Source: Planctomycetota bacterium
GTDB lineage: Bacteria > Planctomycetota > JAJSAM01 > JAJVHW01
Assembly (NCBI GenBank): GCA_965248445.1
Contig: CBDFJG010000004.1
Location: 960,001 to 1,024,000, forward strand
Reading direction: 5' to 3'
DNA: 64,000 bases
This document shows positions 10,334-18,396 of the stretch, piece after piece. How positions within the stretch are numbered: the first letter of the stretch is position 1; each line of letters starts with the position of its first letter. The translations under genes were made by a program, and so were the position numbers. Below the pieces are notes generated by a model. It had not been told where the DNA came from. It worked only from the letters and a program-made list of their open reading frames with translations, and ran no database searches.

Positions 10334-10363
10334 GGGACGGGAGGAGTGCCTCAGCGACGTCCC
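10334..10363 (-). promoter_or_regulatory. Hairpin sequestering an anti-Shine-Dalgarno sequence (putative attenuator switch)
   Basis: GGGACG (10363-10358) pairs with CGUCCC (10339-10334) and GAGG with CCUC; the 3' side is complementary to the phnD SD region GAGGAGACG. Confidence 0.5.
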
Positions 10364-10449
10364 GGTCGGCCGGCGGGCTGCACCGCCGCGCAGAACCTGC
10401 GCAGCAGCTCGCCGTGGCCTCAGCCGAATCCGGAGCGGGGCATCCTCAT
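10351..10449 (-). CDS. Putative selenocysteine-containing leader peptide MRMPRSGFG-U-GHGELLRRFCAAVQPAGRPGRR
   Basis: ATG just downstream of a promoter-like element; in-frame UGA at 10422-10420 followed by a SECIS-like hairpin; second UGA at 10353-10351. Confidence 0.55.
10383..10407 (-). promoter_or_regulatory. Bacterial SECIS-like stem-loop
   Basis: CUGCUGCGCAG-GUU-CUGCGCGGCGG: 11-bp stem starting at the 13th nt after UGA; apical GCAGGUUCUGC resembles E. coli fdhF GCAGGUCUGC. Confidence 0.6.
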
Positions 10450-10458
10450 GGGGTAGAG

Positions 10459-10488
10459 ACCCTAATCCCGTGGTCGTTGTTCCGTCAA
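10459..10488 (-). promoter_or_regulatory. Sigma70-like promoter for the leader and ABC operon
   Basis: TTGACG (10488-10483), 18 nt spacer, TAGGGT (10464-10459). Confidence 0.55.
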
Positions 10489-10835
10489 CGTCCGGCCTCG
10501 ACGTGCGCGACGACCTCGTCCCCCGGCGCCAGGAGGCACTCGAACAGGTCTTCGACCAGATCCGCGACGTCCTCGACGTCGAGGTCACCGGCGGCGATCT
10601 GCAGGCTGTGGCCGGGATCGCAGCGCAGCACGAACGAGGACTCGGGGAGACTGAAGTCGGCCTCGTCCAAGACGTCGTCGGGATCGCCGATGTGCGGCCA
10701 ATCGACGTGCAGGACTCCGTCCATGTACTGGATGAAGACGTCCTCGTCCTCCGCCGACTCGAACGTGGCAAACTGGGCGCCCTGCGTGCGCCAGACCGTG
10801 TCGAGCGCCTCGAGGATCTGCTCCCGCTGGTCCAT
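10485..10835 (-). CDS. Acidic hypothetical protein (116 aa)
   Basis: ATG 10835 with purine-rich SD; very D/E-rich, globular-looking sequence. Confidence 0.7.
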   Translation of the reverse strand: MDQREQILEALDTVWRTQGAQFATFESAEDEDVFIQYMDGVLHVDWPHIGDPDDVLDEADFSLPESSFVLRCDPGHSLQIAAGDLDVEDVADLVEDLFECLLAPGDEVVAHVEAGR

Positions 10836-10953
10836 CGTCTCTCCCGCTCCCAGCATCGCCGGGCGCGGGGGGCCGCTACAATCCCGCTTCGCCCGGAATC
10901 CTCCTGCCGAACGACCGGTGCCGAACGACGAATCGAACGAGGAGCCTGATCTG

Positions 10954-11379
10954 ATGCCCACGACCCGGATTGCTCTCGCCCTGCTGGGCAGCCTCGCCAT
11001 CTGCCTCGCCTCCTGCTCGAAAGAGACGAAGGAGGTCGACGTCGCCGACCAGCCGGCCGACACGAGCCTGACGCCGGACGCGTCCGGCAAGACAGACGGC
11101 GACCCCAAGGCGTCGTCCTCGCCTGCCGCTCGCGCTCCCGCCCGCGCGCAGTCAGGGGCACAGTCACGGGCAGGCAGCGTCACGCTGACGGTTCGCGGTC
11201 TGCACTGCGAGGACGACTGCGTGCCGCGGCTGACGGAGATGCTGGCGGCAGCGCCTGGAGTGACCTCAGTCGCGGTCGACTACGCCGCGAAGACCGCGAC
11301 GGTGGCGATCTCGGGAGACGTGGCGCCCGAGCGCGTGGCAGCCGCGGTGGGCGGCGGTTTCGTGGCGGCGGTCAAGTAG
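10954..11379 (+). CDS. Heavy-metal-associated (HMA) domain lipoprotein
   Basis: SD GAGGAG, lipobox LASC, linker, then VTLTVRGLHCEDDC...PGV..V.VDY.AKTATV HMA pattern. Confidence 0.85.
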   Translation: MPTTRIALALLGSLAICLASCSKETKEVDVADQPADTSLTPDASGKTDGDPKASSSPAARAPARAQSGAQSRAGSVTLTVRGLHCEDDCVPRLTEMLAAAPGVTSVAVDYAAKTATVAISGDVAPERVAAAVGGGFVAAVK

Positions 11380-11488
11380 ACGGGAGTCGAGTAGTAGGGG
11401 GTCTGGGCCATACGGCATGGCCGGCCGGTTTCTCGCGGCCCGCCAGGGTCGGGGCGGCAACCTCGGCGGCCCTACACGGAGTGACACG

Positions 11489-11935
11489 ATGAACTTGCGC
11501 ACGATCGCCCTGACCGTTCTCGCCCTCGGGGCCACCGCCTGCGGCTCGACCACGTCGAACCCGCAGCCCTACAGGCCGCCCGCGCCGGTGCAACAGCCGC
11601 AGCGGCCGCAGCAGCCCGTGCGCCAGCAGCAGCCGGTCTCCCAGGTACCCAACTACCAGCCGCAGCCGCCCGTCTACCACGAGCACGCACCGGTCCGCGG
11701 TGGCGACGCGGGCCGCTCGCATGTGTCCCTCCGTGAGGAGGCGCTCCGCCGAGGAGTGCCGACGAACGCCTGCGGCGCAAGTCCGCGTGTCAGCGGACGA
11801 GCGAGCTGGAGCAATGGACAATTGCTCCAGCAGCAGGAGCGCGTCCTCCGGACGCTACGGACGGTTTCGGTCACGACGCTTGCTCCGCAATCATCGCGCC
11901 CTCGCGATCCTGCCTCGGTAGACAGCCTGCTGTAG
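11489..11935 (+). CDS. Pro/Gln-rich hypothetical lipoprotein
   Basis: Signal peptide with ATAC lipobox; P/Q low complexity; C-terminal half less convincing. Confidence 0.55.
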   Translation: MNLRTIALTVLALGATACGSTTSNPQPYRPPAPVQQPQRPQQPVRQQQPVSQVPNYQPQPPVYHEHAPVRGGDAGRSHVSLREEALRRGVPTNACGASPRVSGRASWSNGQLLQQQERVLRTLRTVSVTTLAPQSSRPRDPASVDSLL

Positions 11936-11956
11936 GGGCGGGGCGCTGCCCCGCCC
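11932..11956 (+). repeat. GTAG-type REP-like palindrome
   Basis: GTAG followed by the perfect 9-bp stem GGGCGGGGC-GCT-GCCCCGCCC. Confidence 0.55.
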
Positions 11957-12133
11957 GCGCTCTTGTCAGGGCCGTCGCGCTGCTCGGTCGCCTGCCTGCT
12001 CCCGTTGGCGCGGCCTCCGCTCGCGCTTGCTCGGCAGCGTCGAACTCCCACCCTTGCGGAATCCCCGCTTTCCCTTCCAATGGGGGATGCGAGTCCTTTG
12101 GTCGGGATTGCCACCAGAAGTAGGGAGGTGGCC

Positions 12134-14161
12134 GTGGGACGCACAGACGGAAGAGCCGCGACGACAGCATTGCTCGTGATGGCGGGCGTGTTCGGTCTCG
12201 CACCGGCGGCACAGACATCGGGCCCCGAGCCGGATCCGCGATACGACGCGAAGGTCGAACTCGGTCGGCGTCTCTTCATGGACCCCGCCGCCAGCAAGTT
12301 CGGCGCGACGTCCTGCGTGTCCTGCCACGACCCCGAGAACGGGTTCTCCGACTCGGCGATCAAGTCGCAGGACGAACAGCAACTGACCGTGCGCCACTCG
12401 CAGGGCCTGCTCGACATCGCCGACGCACCGGACGCCGGGTTCCACTGGGACGCCGAGTTCGCGCGGGTCAGTGATCTCGTTCGTGCGCGCCTCGGTACGC
12501 CCGCGGACTCGCAAGGCCCCGCGGTCGCGCGCTTCGCGTCGTTCGTGAACTCTGCGATCGAAGGGGAACACGCCATCGATGCCACCGCGGCGCGCTCGGC
12601 GCTGCCCGGACTCGCGTCGGGCGGCGGATACGGTCCGGCCACGACGGGCCCGATCACACCCGGCATCGCCGGCACGAAGAGGGGCACGCGTGGCATGCGA
12701 TTCGGCGCGCCCGGGGGCCGCGGATTCCGGGCGACCCCGGCGCCGGACCGGACGTCCGTCCGACGGCTCGCCGCGCACGACCTCTACGACGGCGCCTTCA
12801 AGAGGGCGTTCGGCAGCGCGGAACCGACCATGGACCGCGTCGCCGAGGCGATCGAGGAGTACGTCCTGTCGCTGCGCTCGACGGAGGCCCCGTTCGACCG
12901 CTACATGGACGGTGATGACGACGCGATCTCGGAATCCGCCGAGCGCGGCTTCCACGTCTTCGCCGGCAAGGCGAACTGCGCTTCGTGCCACACGGTGCCG
13001 CTGCCCGGCGGGGCGCGCGCGTTCAGCGACGCCCAGTTCCACAACACAGGGGTAGCGTTCGCGGACGCCCAGCGGCAGCTCGAAGAACTGCGCGGCGGCG
13101 CGAAGAGCAAGGCGGCGAAGCGCCTGCTGGCGCTGCCGAACGTCGACAAGGGCCTCAGCCGGATCGATCTTCGGAAGTCGTCGAACGGGTCGTTCAAGAC
13201 CCCCAACCTGCGCGACGTCGACAAGCGTGCGCGCTACATGCACGACGGCTCGCTCACGACGCTCGAAGAGGTCATCGACTACTACGCGGGCGGCGGCACG
13301 GCGAACAAGCACCTCGACCCGAAGATCGAGAAGCTCGACCTCACCGCACAGGACAAGCAGGACCTGGTGGCGTTCCTGAAGACGCTGTCCGGTGATGCGC
13401 GTCCGGGACTCGGCCGGCTGCCCGAACACCGTCCGTCGGAAACGCACGTGACACTGCGGGATGTCGAGGGTGAGCGTCTCGGGGGAGTCAAGGTGACGAT
13501 CCGCCCGACCGGCGATCGTCTGGCGGGCGCCGACAAGATGCCCGACCCGTTCACGGTGACGACGTTCAAGTCCGGAAAGTTCAGGTTCCCGTTCCCCGCG
13601 TCGACGCACGTAGCTCTCGAGGTCGAGGGCTACGAGATCGCGGGCGGCCGCCTCATCCCGGACTGCGCGCGTGACGTGCAGTTCCTGGCAGTGCCCGACG
13701 ATCTGGTGGCGATCGAGATGTTCGACGAGAGCGGCCAGAACAAGCGGCTGCCCGGAACCCTGGACGTCAATGGCGTCTTCGGCAACGAGAGCAACGAGCC
13801 CGTGACGTTCCGTCGCGTACGCAAGCTCGGAGACCATCACGGCATCTACGCTGCGCACGCATCCGAGGTTGCGGACGACGCCTTCCGGGTCGGAGCACGC
13901 ATCAACATCCGCAACCGCGACTCGGTGCTGATCCAGTTGCACCGCGGCAGGCGGCTGCTCGGGAGCGTCGACCTGCGCGACACCGCGTTGTTCGGCGCCC
14001 CGCAGCGGGGCCGCGGGATCGGCAGTGACGTCGCGCAAGAGCTCCGGAAGGCCATCGAGGTGTTGATGCCGGTCCTGGCGCAGCCTGGGGGTGTCCGCGT
14101 GCCACCGGATCGGCCGGATCGTGTTGACGACGCACCGCCGCCGCCCGAAGATCAGGGCTGA
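12134..14161 (+). CDS. Di-haem cytochrome c peroxidase/MauG-family protein with C-terminal extension (paralogue 1)
   Basis: Signal peptide, LGRRLFMD, CVSCH, FHWD, CASCH, FHNTG, FKTPNLRDV, YMHDGS. Confidence 0.9.
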   Translation: MGRTDGRAATTALLVMAGVFGLAPAAQTSGPEPDPRYDAKVELGRRLFMDPAASKFGATSCVSCHDPENGFSDSAIKSQDEQQLTVRHSQGLLDIADAPDAGFHWDAEFARVSDLVRARLGTPADSQGPAVARFASFVNSAIEGEHAIDATAARSALPGLASGGGYGPATTGPITPGIAGTKRGTRGMRFGAPGGRGFRATPAPDRTSVRRLAAHDLYDGAFKRAFGSAEPTMDRVAEAIEEYVLSLRSTEAPFDRYMDGDDDAISESAERGFHVFAGKANCASCHTVPLPGGARAFSDAQFHNTGVAFADAQRQLEELRGGAKSKAAKRLLALPNVDKGLSRIDLRKSSNGSFKTPNLRDVDKRARYMHDGSLTTLEEVIDYYAGGGTANKHLDPKIEKLDLTAQDKQDLVAFLKTLSGDARPGLGRLPEHRPSETHVTLRDVEGERLGGVKVTIRPTGDRLAGADKMPDPFTVTTFKSGKFRFPFPASTHVALEVEGYEIAGGRLIPDCARDVQFLAVPDDLVAIEMFDESGQNKRLPGTLDVNGVFGNESNEPVTFRRVRKLGDHHGIYAAHASEVADDAFRVGARINIRNRDSVLIQLHRGRRLLGSVDLRDTALFGAPQRGRGIGSDVAQELRKAIEVLMPVLAQPGGVRVPPDRPDRVDDAPPPPEDQG

Positions 14162-14216
14162 CACCGACTGCTGACTGAGACCGACTGGGGAATCGCAGAA
14201 CCACGGAGGATTGGAT

Positions 14217-16223
14217 ATGAGGACGAAGAGCATCCTCGCGTTGGGCGCGCTGTGCGCCACGACCGCGCTGGTGGCCGCCCCGCTCCAGTCCACTCCGGCC
14301 GACGCCGGGGTCAACCACCAGAAGAGCGCACAGGTCGAACTCGGTCGGCGCCTCTTCCTGGACGAGACGGCGAGCAACGGGAACCAGTTCTCGTGCGCGT
14401 CGTGTCATGACCCCGAGTACTCGTTCACGGATCGTCGCGTCCACTCGATCGACGAGAACGGGCCCTCCCGACGCCACAGCCAGACGCTGCTCGAACTGCG
14501 CGGCGAGGGCTTCCACTGGGACGGTGAGTTCCCGAAGCTCGAGAACCTGCTGCGCGCGCGCCTTGGCTCGCCGGGAGAAGTGCTCGACAACGCGCGCTTC
14601 TCGATCATGGCGCAGTGGAACGCATCCGTTGACGCGCGCCTGACTCTCGACCAGAACGACTTCAACCGCCGCATCCAGTCACTCGCGCCGCGGTACTACG
14701 GCGTCGATCGCCCGCCTCCGACACGCGGGCCGATCACGCCGGTCGCCATTGCGAACCGCATCGATGACGACGGCCGCTACGGCGTGCTGTTCGTGAAGGC
14801 ATACGGCACCGGCAAGGTCACGACCGACCGTATGGTGGATGCGATGGGCGCGTACATGGCGTCGCTCACGGCCACCAAGAGCCCGTACGACTCGTTCCGC
14901 GCCGGCCACACGGCGGCGCTGACGCCGCAGCAGCGCCGCGGATTCAAGCTCTTCAAGGGCAAGGCCAACTGCTCGTCCTGCCACACGACCACCGGGCCGG
15001 GCGCGCGCGCCCTCTCCGACGGCAAGTTCCACAACACCGGCATCGCGTACCGTCAGCCCGCGTCCCAGTGGAGCCCGGACCCGATGGCGCTGCGCCGTCC
15101 GTCCGAGACGGGCCGCACCAGTCAGACGTTCGCCAAGGAGCACACAGCGCGCTTCAAGACGCCGACACTCCGCGACGTCGCTCTGCACCCGCCGTACATG
15201 CACGACGGCTCCATCGATTCGCTGCGCGAAGTCGTGGACTACTACGCCGGCGGCGGCACCACGAACTCGCACCTCGACTCGGAGATCAAGGACGTCGATC
15301 TCGACGAACAGGAGCGCGAGGACATCGTGGCGTTCCTCCACTCGCTGACCGGCGAGGAGCGCCCGGGACTCGGAGATCTTCCGGTGTATCGGCCGGACGT
15401 CACCAAGATCACTCTGAAGGACGTCGAGAACCAGTTGGTACCCGAGCTGCTCGTCACGGTCGTTCCGACTGGTGATCGTCTGCGCGGCACCGACGAGATG
15501 CCGGAGCCCTTCGTGGTCTCGACGACCAAGCGGGGCGTCCTGGCGTTCCCGTTCCCCGCTTCGACCCACGTACGGCTCGAGGCAGACGGTGTCGAGATCG
15601 GCCTCTCACGCATGTTGCCGGACTCGATTCGCAAGAAGGCGCTCATCACGACTCCGCGCGACAAGCTCTCCGTGCGCATCCGGTTCGCGAAGACCAGTCA
15701 TCGCACCAAGGTGGACGAACTCCACGTGATGCCGCTGACGGCCAGCCGGACAAGCGACGCGCGCGTCATCTTCAAGCGCGTGCGCAACATCGGATACACC
15801 GAGGCGCTCTACGTCGCCGACCGCGAAGAGGCGCTCACCGAGCTCTCTGGCCTGCTCCTCGACCCGGACGGCGTGGTCACGATGTCGGTCAACGCGGGCG
15901 AGAGGGGCGAACGGGTCACGTTCGGTCGCCGACTGTTCGACTTGTCGGGCGGCCAGTGCGAGCCCATCGACTTGCGCCCTGATCCGCCGTTCGACCGGCG
16001 GTTCAAGGGACCCCTGGGACCCGGCCGACGCCCACCCCCTCCCGGCGGCGAACCGGTGGGTGAAACCGACGACGACGACGATCCGACCGGCGGCGGTGGC
16101 GGCGGTCCACTGGGTGGCGGCGGAACACCGACTCCGCCGGATCTCAAGGGCGGCGGCGGCGGACTGCCGAACGGCGGCGGTGGCGGCCTGCCGAAGGGCC
16201 CCAAGGATCCGCTCGGCAGATAG
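14217..16223 (+). CDS. Di-haem cytochrome c peroxidase/MauG-family protein with C-terminal extension (paralogue 2)
   Basis: SD GGAGGA, signal peptide, CASCH, CSSCH, FKTPTLRDV, PYMHDGS; Gly/Pro-rich tail. Confidence 0.9.
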   Translation: MRTKSILALGALCATTALVAAPLQSTPADAGVNHQKSAQVELGRRLFLDETASNGNQFSCASCHDPEYSFTDRRVHSIDENGPSRRHSQTLLELRGEGFHWDGEFPKLENLLRARLGSPGEVLDNARFSIMAQWNASVDARLTLDQNDFNRRIQSLAPRYYGVDRPPPTRGPITPVAIANRIDDDGRYGVLFVKAYGTGKVTTDRMVDAMGAYMASLTATKSPYDSFRAGHTAALTPQQRRGFKLFKGKANCSSCHTTTGPGARALSDGKFHNTGIAYRQPASQWSPDPMALRRPSETGRTSQTFAKEHTARFKTPTLRDVALHPPYMHDGSIDSLREVVDYYAGGGTTNSHLDSEIKDVDLDEQEREDIVAFLHSLTGEERPGLGDLPVYRPDVTKITLKDVENQLVPELLVTVVPTGDRLRGTDEMPEPFVVSTTKRGVLAFPFPASTHVRLEADGVEIGLSRMLPDSIRKKALITTPRDKLSVRIRFAKTSHRTKVDELHVMPLTASRTSDARVIFKRVRNIGYTEALYVADREEALTELSGLLLDPDGVVTMSVNAGERGERVTFGRRLFDLSGGQCEPIDLRPDPPFDRRFKGPLGPGRRPPPPGGEPVGETDDDDDPTGGGGGGPLGGGGTPTPPDLKGGGGGLPNGGGGGLPKGPKDPLGR

Positions 16224-16235
16224 CGCGACGCGCTG

Positions 16236-17450
16236 CTAGCAGAACGTGCGCGATGCGTCGGAGAGGCTCGGCGCCTGCTCCGACCGGAGTTTTATCGCGC
16301 GGCGGCTGTTCTCGATCTCGTCCTGTGGGACGTCGATGAGCGTTCCGAGCTTCAGGATGGTCGTGTGCACGCGGAAGCACGCGTCCCAGCCCGCCGCGCT
16401 GTCTCGGGCGTGCTTCAGAGAGAGAACAAACGACTCCACCGCAGCATCCTCGTCGCCCGCTGCTTGCAGTTCGAGACCGTAGTCGAGGTGGTAGCGCGCC
16501 AATCCGCCCAGATACTCGGCGTTCCAAGTCTTCACGATGTGACGCGGCCTGGACGGCGCGAGCCGGTCGATCAGGGCGCGGACTTTGGACAGGTTCAGGT
16601 GCATCTGTGGGAGCCGGCCGTCCTTGCGAGCGAGCTCCGCGAGCTTCAACACGATCGCCGGATTGTCCGGATCCGCGACCGCAGCCTGTCGGAGTGCATC
16701 CCCGGCGCCGTCTGCACCCTCGTCCGCGAGGATGAGCGCGCGGGACAGCAGAAGATGCGGATGTCCGGGCCACAGCGGATCTCCGTTTGCGTCTTTCGCC
16801 GCCAAGGCGCGGTCGAGTAGCGCGATGGCTGCCGGGTTCTCATTCAACCGGAACCTCGCGTTGGCCAGCCCCATGTAGTCGTCGAGCGTCGGCTGACCAC
16901 CGTGACGCTCGAGGGCGGCGAAGATCTGGGCGTAGTCGTTCGAGGCGCGGCTGAACGTCCCGAGATGCGTGTCGCTCGCCGACCGGCCGCGCCGCGCAAG
17001 GAACTCGATCTCCTCGCGGAGCGGAGCGTCCTGCGCCCACGCCTCCACGAGTTGAACGCTCGAGTGGAACGCCGATCGCGCGGTTCTCGGTTGCATCTTC
17101 TGCTGCTCCCAGAGGCCGTACGCGAGGGGCAGCCCGGCGTGCTTTGGCTCCAGGGACTCGAGTTTCTTGAGCAGCGGGAACGCGGACTCGCCGCCACCCT
17201 CGAGCAGGACCGCCGTCCCGAGCATGAAGAAGAGGTTCGGGTCCTCTCTGCCCAGTTTCCCCGCGAGATCGAGGGGCGCGATCGCGTCGCCGAAGCGCGT
17301 CCGTTCCGGATGCCACACGGCGTCCTGCCAGATGCGCGTCCCCTCGGCGAGGTGCTCGGCGGCGGGGTCCTTCTTCTCCGGGAAGAAGAGAACCCCGGCG
17401 ACCCCGGCGGCCACCACGATGGCGAGGGTGATCAGCGTCTTGCGGCGCAT
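16236..17450 (-). CDS. Membrane-anchored TPR-like protein
   Basis: N-terminal TM helix and repeated helical A..L..A...DP.N patterns. Confidence 0.7.
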   Translation of the reverse strand: MRRKTLITLAIVVAAGVAGVLFFPEKKDPAAEHLAEGTRIWQDAVWHPERTRFGDAIAPLDLAGKLGREDPNLFFMLGTAVLLEGGGESAFPLLKKLESLEPKHAGLPLAYGLWEQQKMQPRTARSAFHSSVQLVEAWAQDAPLREEIEFLARRGRSASDTHLGTFSRASNDYAQIFAALERHGGQPTLDDYMGLANARFRLNENPAAIALLDRALAAKDANGDPLWPGHPHLLLSRALILADEGADGAGDALRQAAVADPDNPAIVLKLAELARKDGRLPQMHLNLSKVRALIDRLAPSRPRHIVKTWNAEYLGGLARYHLDYGLELQAAGDEDAAVESFVLSLKHARDSAAGWDACFRVHTTILKLGTLIDVPQDEIENSRRAIKLRSEQAPSLSDASRTFC

Positions 17451-17579
17451 GCCGCCACGATACGCGGAGGCTGCTCATCTGCCAGCGAGGCGTCGGGGTA
17501 GGCTGTGCGGCGCCGCCATGACGTACTTCGCCGCGCTGCGTGCTGAGTGGGCGCGGCCGATAGCCGTGGAGGGCTGACG

Positions 17580-17927
17580 ATGAAGATCGAACAGGTGAAG
17601 TTCATCCTGATGGTGCAGGACATGGACCGCGCGGTCGCGTTCTGGCGCGACACCGTCGGATTGACGCAGGGGATGGTCTCCCCGTACTGGTCGGAGCTCC
17701 GGCACGGCGACACGATGGTGGCGTTGCACGGCGGCGGCGACGGGTCGTTCCGCCCGACGGGACTCGGACTTCAGGTCGACGACATCGAGGAGGCCACGGG
17801 GCTCTTCGCTGCCGGTGGCGCCGCGGTGCGTATGCCGCCGACCGAGCGCCCGCGCGAAGGCATCAAGATCGCGGACCTGACCGACCCCGAGGGGAACGGC
17901 TTCGGGGTCTCGCAGCTCATCAAGTGA
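17580..17927 (+). CDS. VOC/glyoxalase family protein
   Basis: V.DMDRAVAFW, VDDI and DPEGN motifs. Confidence 0.9.
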   Translation: MKIEQVKFILMVQDMDRAVAFWRDTVGLTQGMVSPYWSELRHGDTMVALHGGGDGSFRPTGLGLQVDDIEEATGLFAAGGAAVRMPPTERPREGIKIADLTDPEGNGFGVSQLIK

Positions 17928-18372
17928 TGAGCCGGATGTTGACCGGGTAGCGGTACCACTTGCCCTCGTTCGCCGCGATGGCAGCGAGGATGTGCAGCAC
18001 CAGCGTGACCACTCCGAGAACCGGCGCGAGCAAGAACCCGAACCCACCTGAGCAGAATCCCGCGATCACGATCGCGACGTACAGGATGAACGTGGTGATC
18101 GAGAAGTTCAGCGCTTCCTTCCCCTGATCGGCAGCGAACGGCATCTCGTCCTTCTTGATCAGATAGACGACCAGCGGACCGATCCACGAGACGACGAGCG
18201 GCGAGATGTGCGCGATCATCCCCCACGTGCGCGCCTCCTTGTCCTCTTCCGGCGGGCGGTCGAGAACGCTCGTCTGCGCGATCTCCCAGGCCTTGTCCGC
18301 GGCGCTCTCGAGCGACTCGGCGGCGCCCTCGAGTTCCTCTTTCAGGCCCCTCTTCTCGTTGTCGTCGGACAT
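17920..18372 (-). CDS. DUF4870-like membrane protein
   Basis: WGMIAH, GPLVVYL, GKEALNF and YRYP motifs. Confidence 0.85.
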   Translation of the reverse strand: MSDDNEKRGLKEELEGAAESLESAADKAWEIAQTSVLDRPPEEDKEARTWGMIAHISPLVVSWIGPLVVYLIKKDEMPFAADQGKEALNFSITTFILYVAIVIAGFCSGGFGFLLAPVLGVVTLVLHILAAIAANEGKWYRYPVNIRLIT

Positions 18373-18396
18373 CCCATCCCCCCTCGCCTTCTCTGC

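Noticed and set aside
10351..10353. Second UGA of the leader ORF as another Sec codon, or the leader as an N-terminal extension of PhnD
   Set aside because: No SECIS-like stem follows it, the leader frame differs from the phnD frame, and phnD has its own SD and lipoprotein signal.
11690..11935. Frameshift in the Pro/Gln-rich lipoprotein
   Set aside because: The C-terminal half looks atypical, but no alternative frame gives a recognisable domain, so it cannot be supported.
11966..14377. Long antisense or alternate-frame ORFs (for example 11966-14377, 26495-29113, 39233-41005, 57158-58954)
   Set aside because: Shadow ORFs typical of GC-rich DNA; they overlap genes with clear family motifs and show none of their own.
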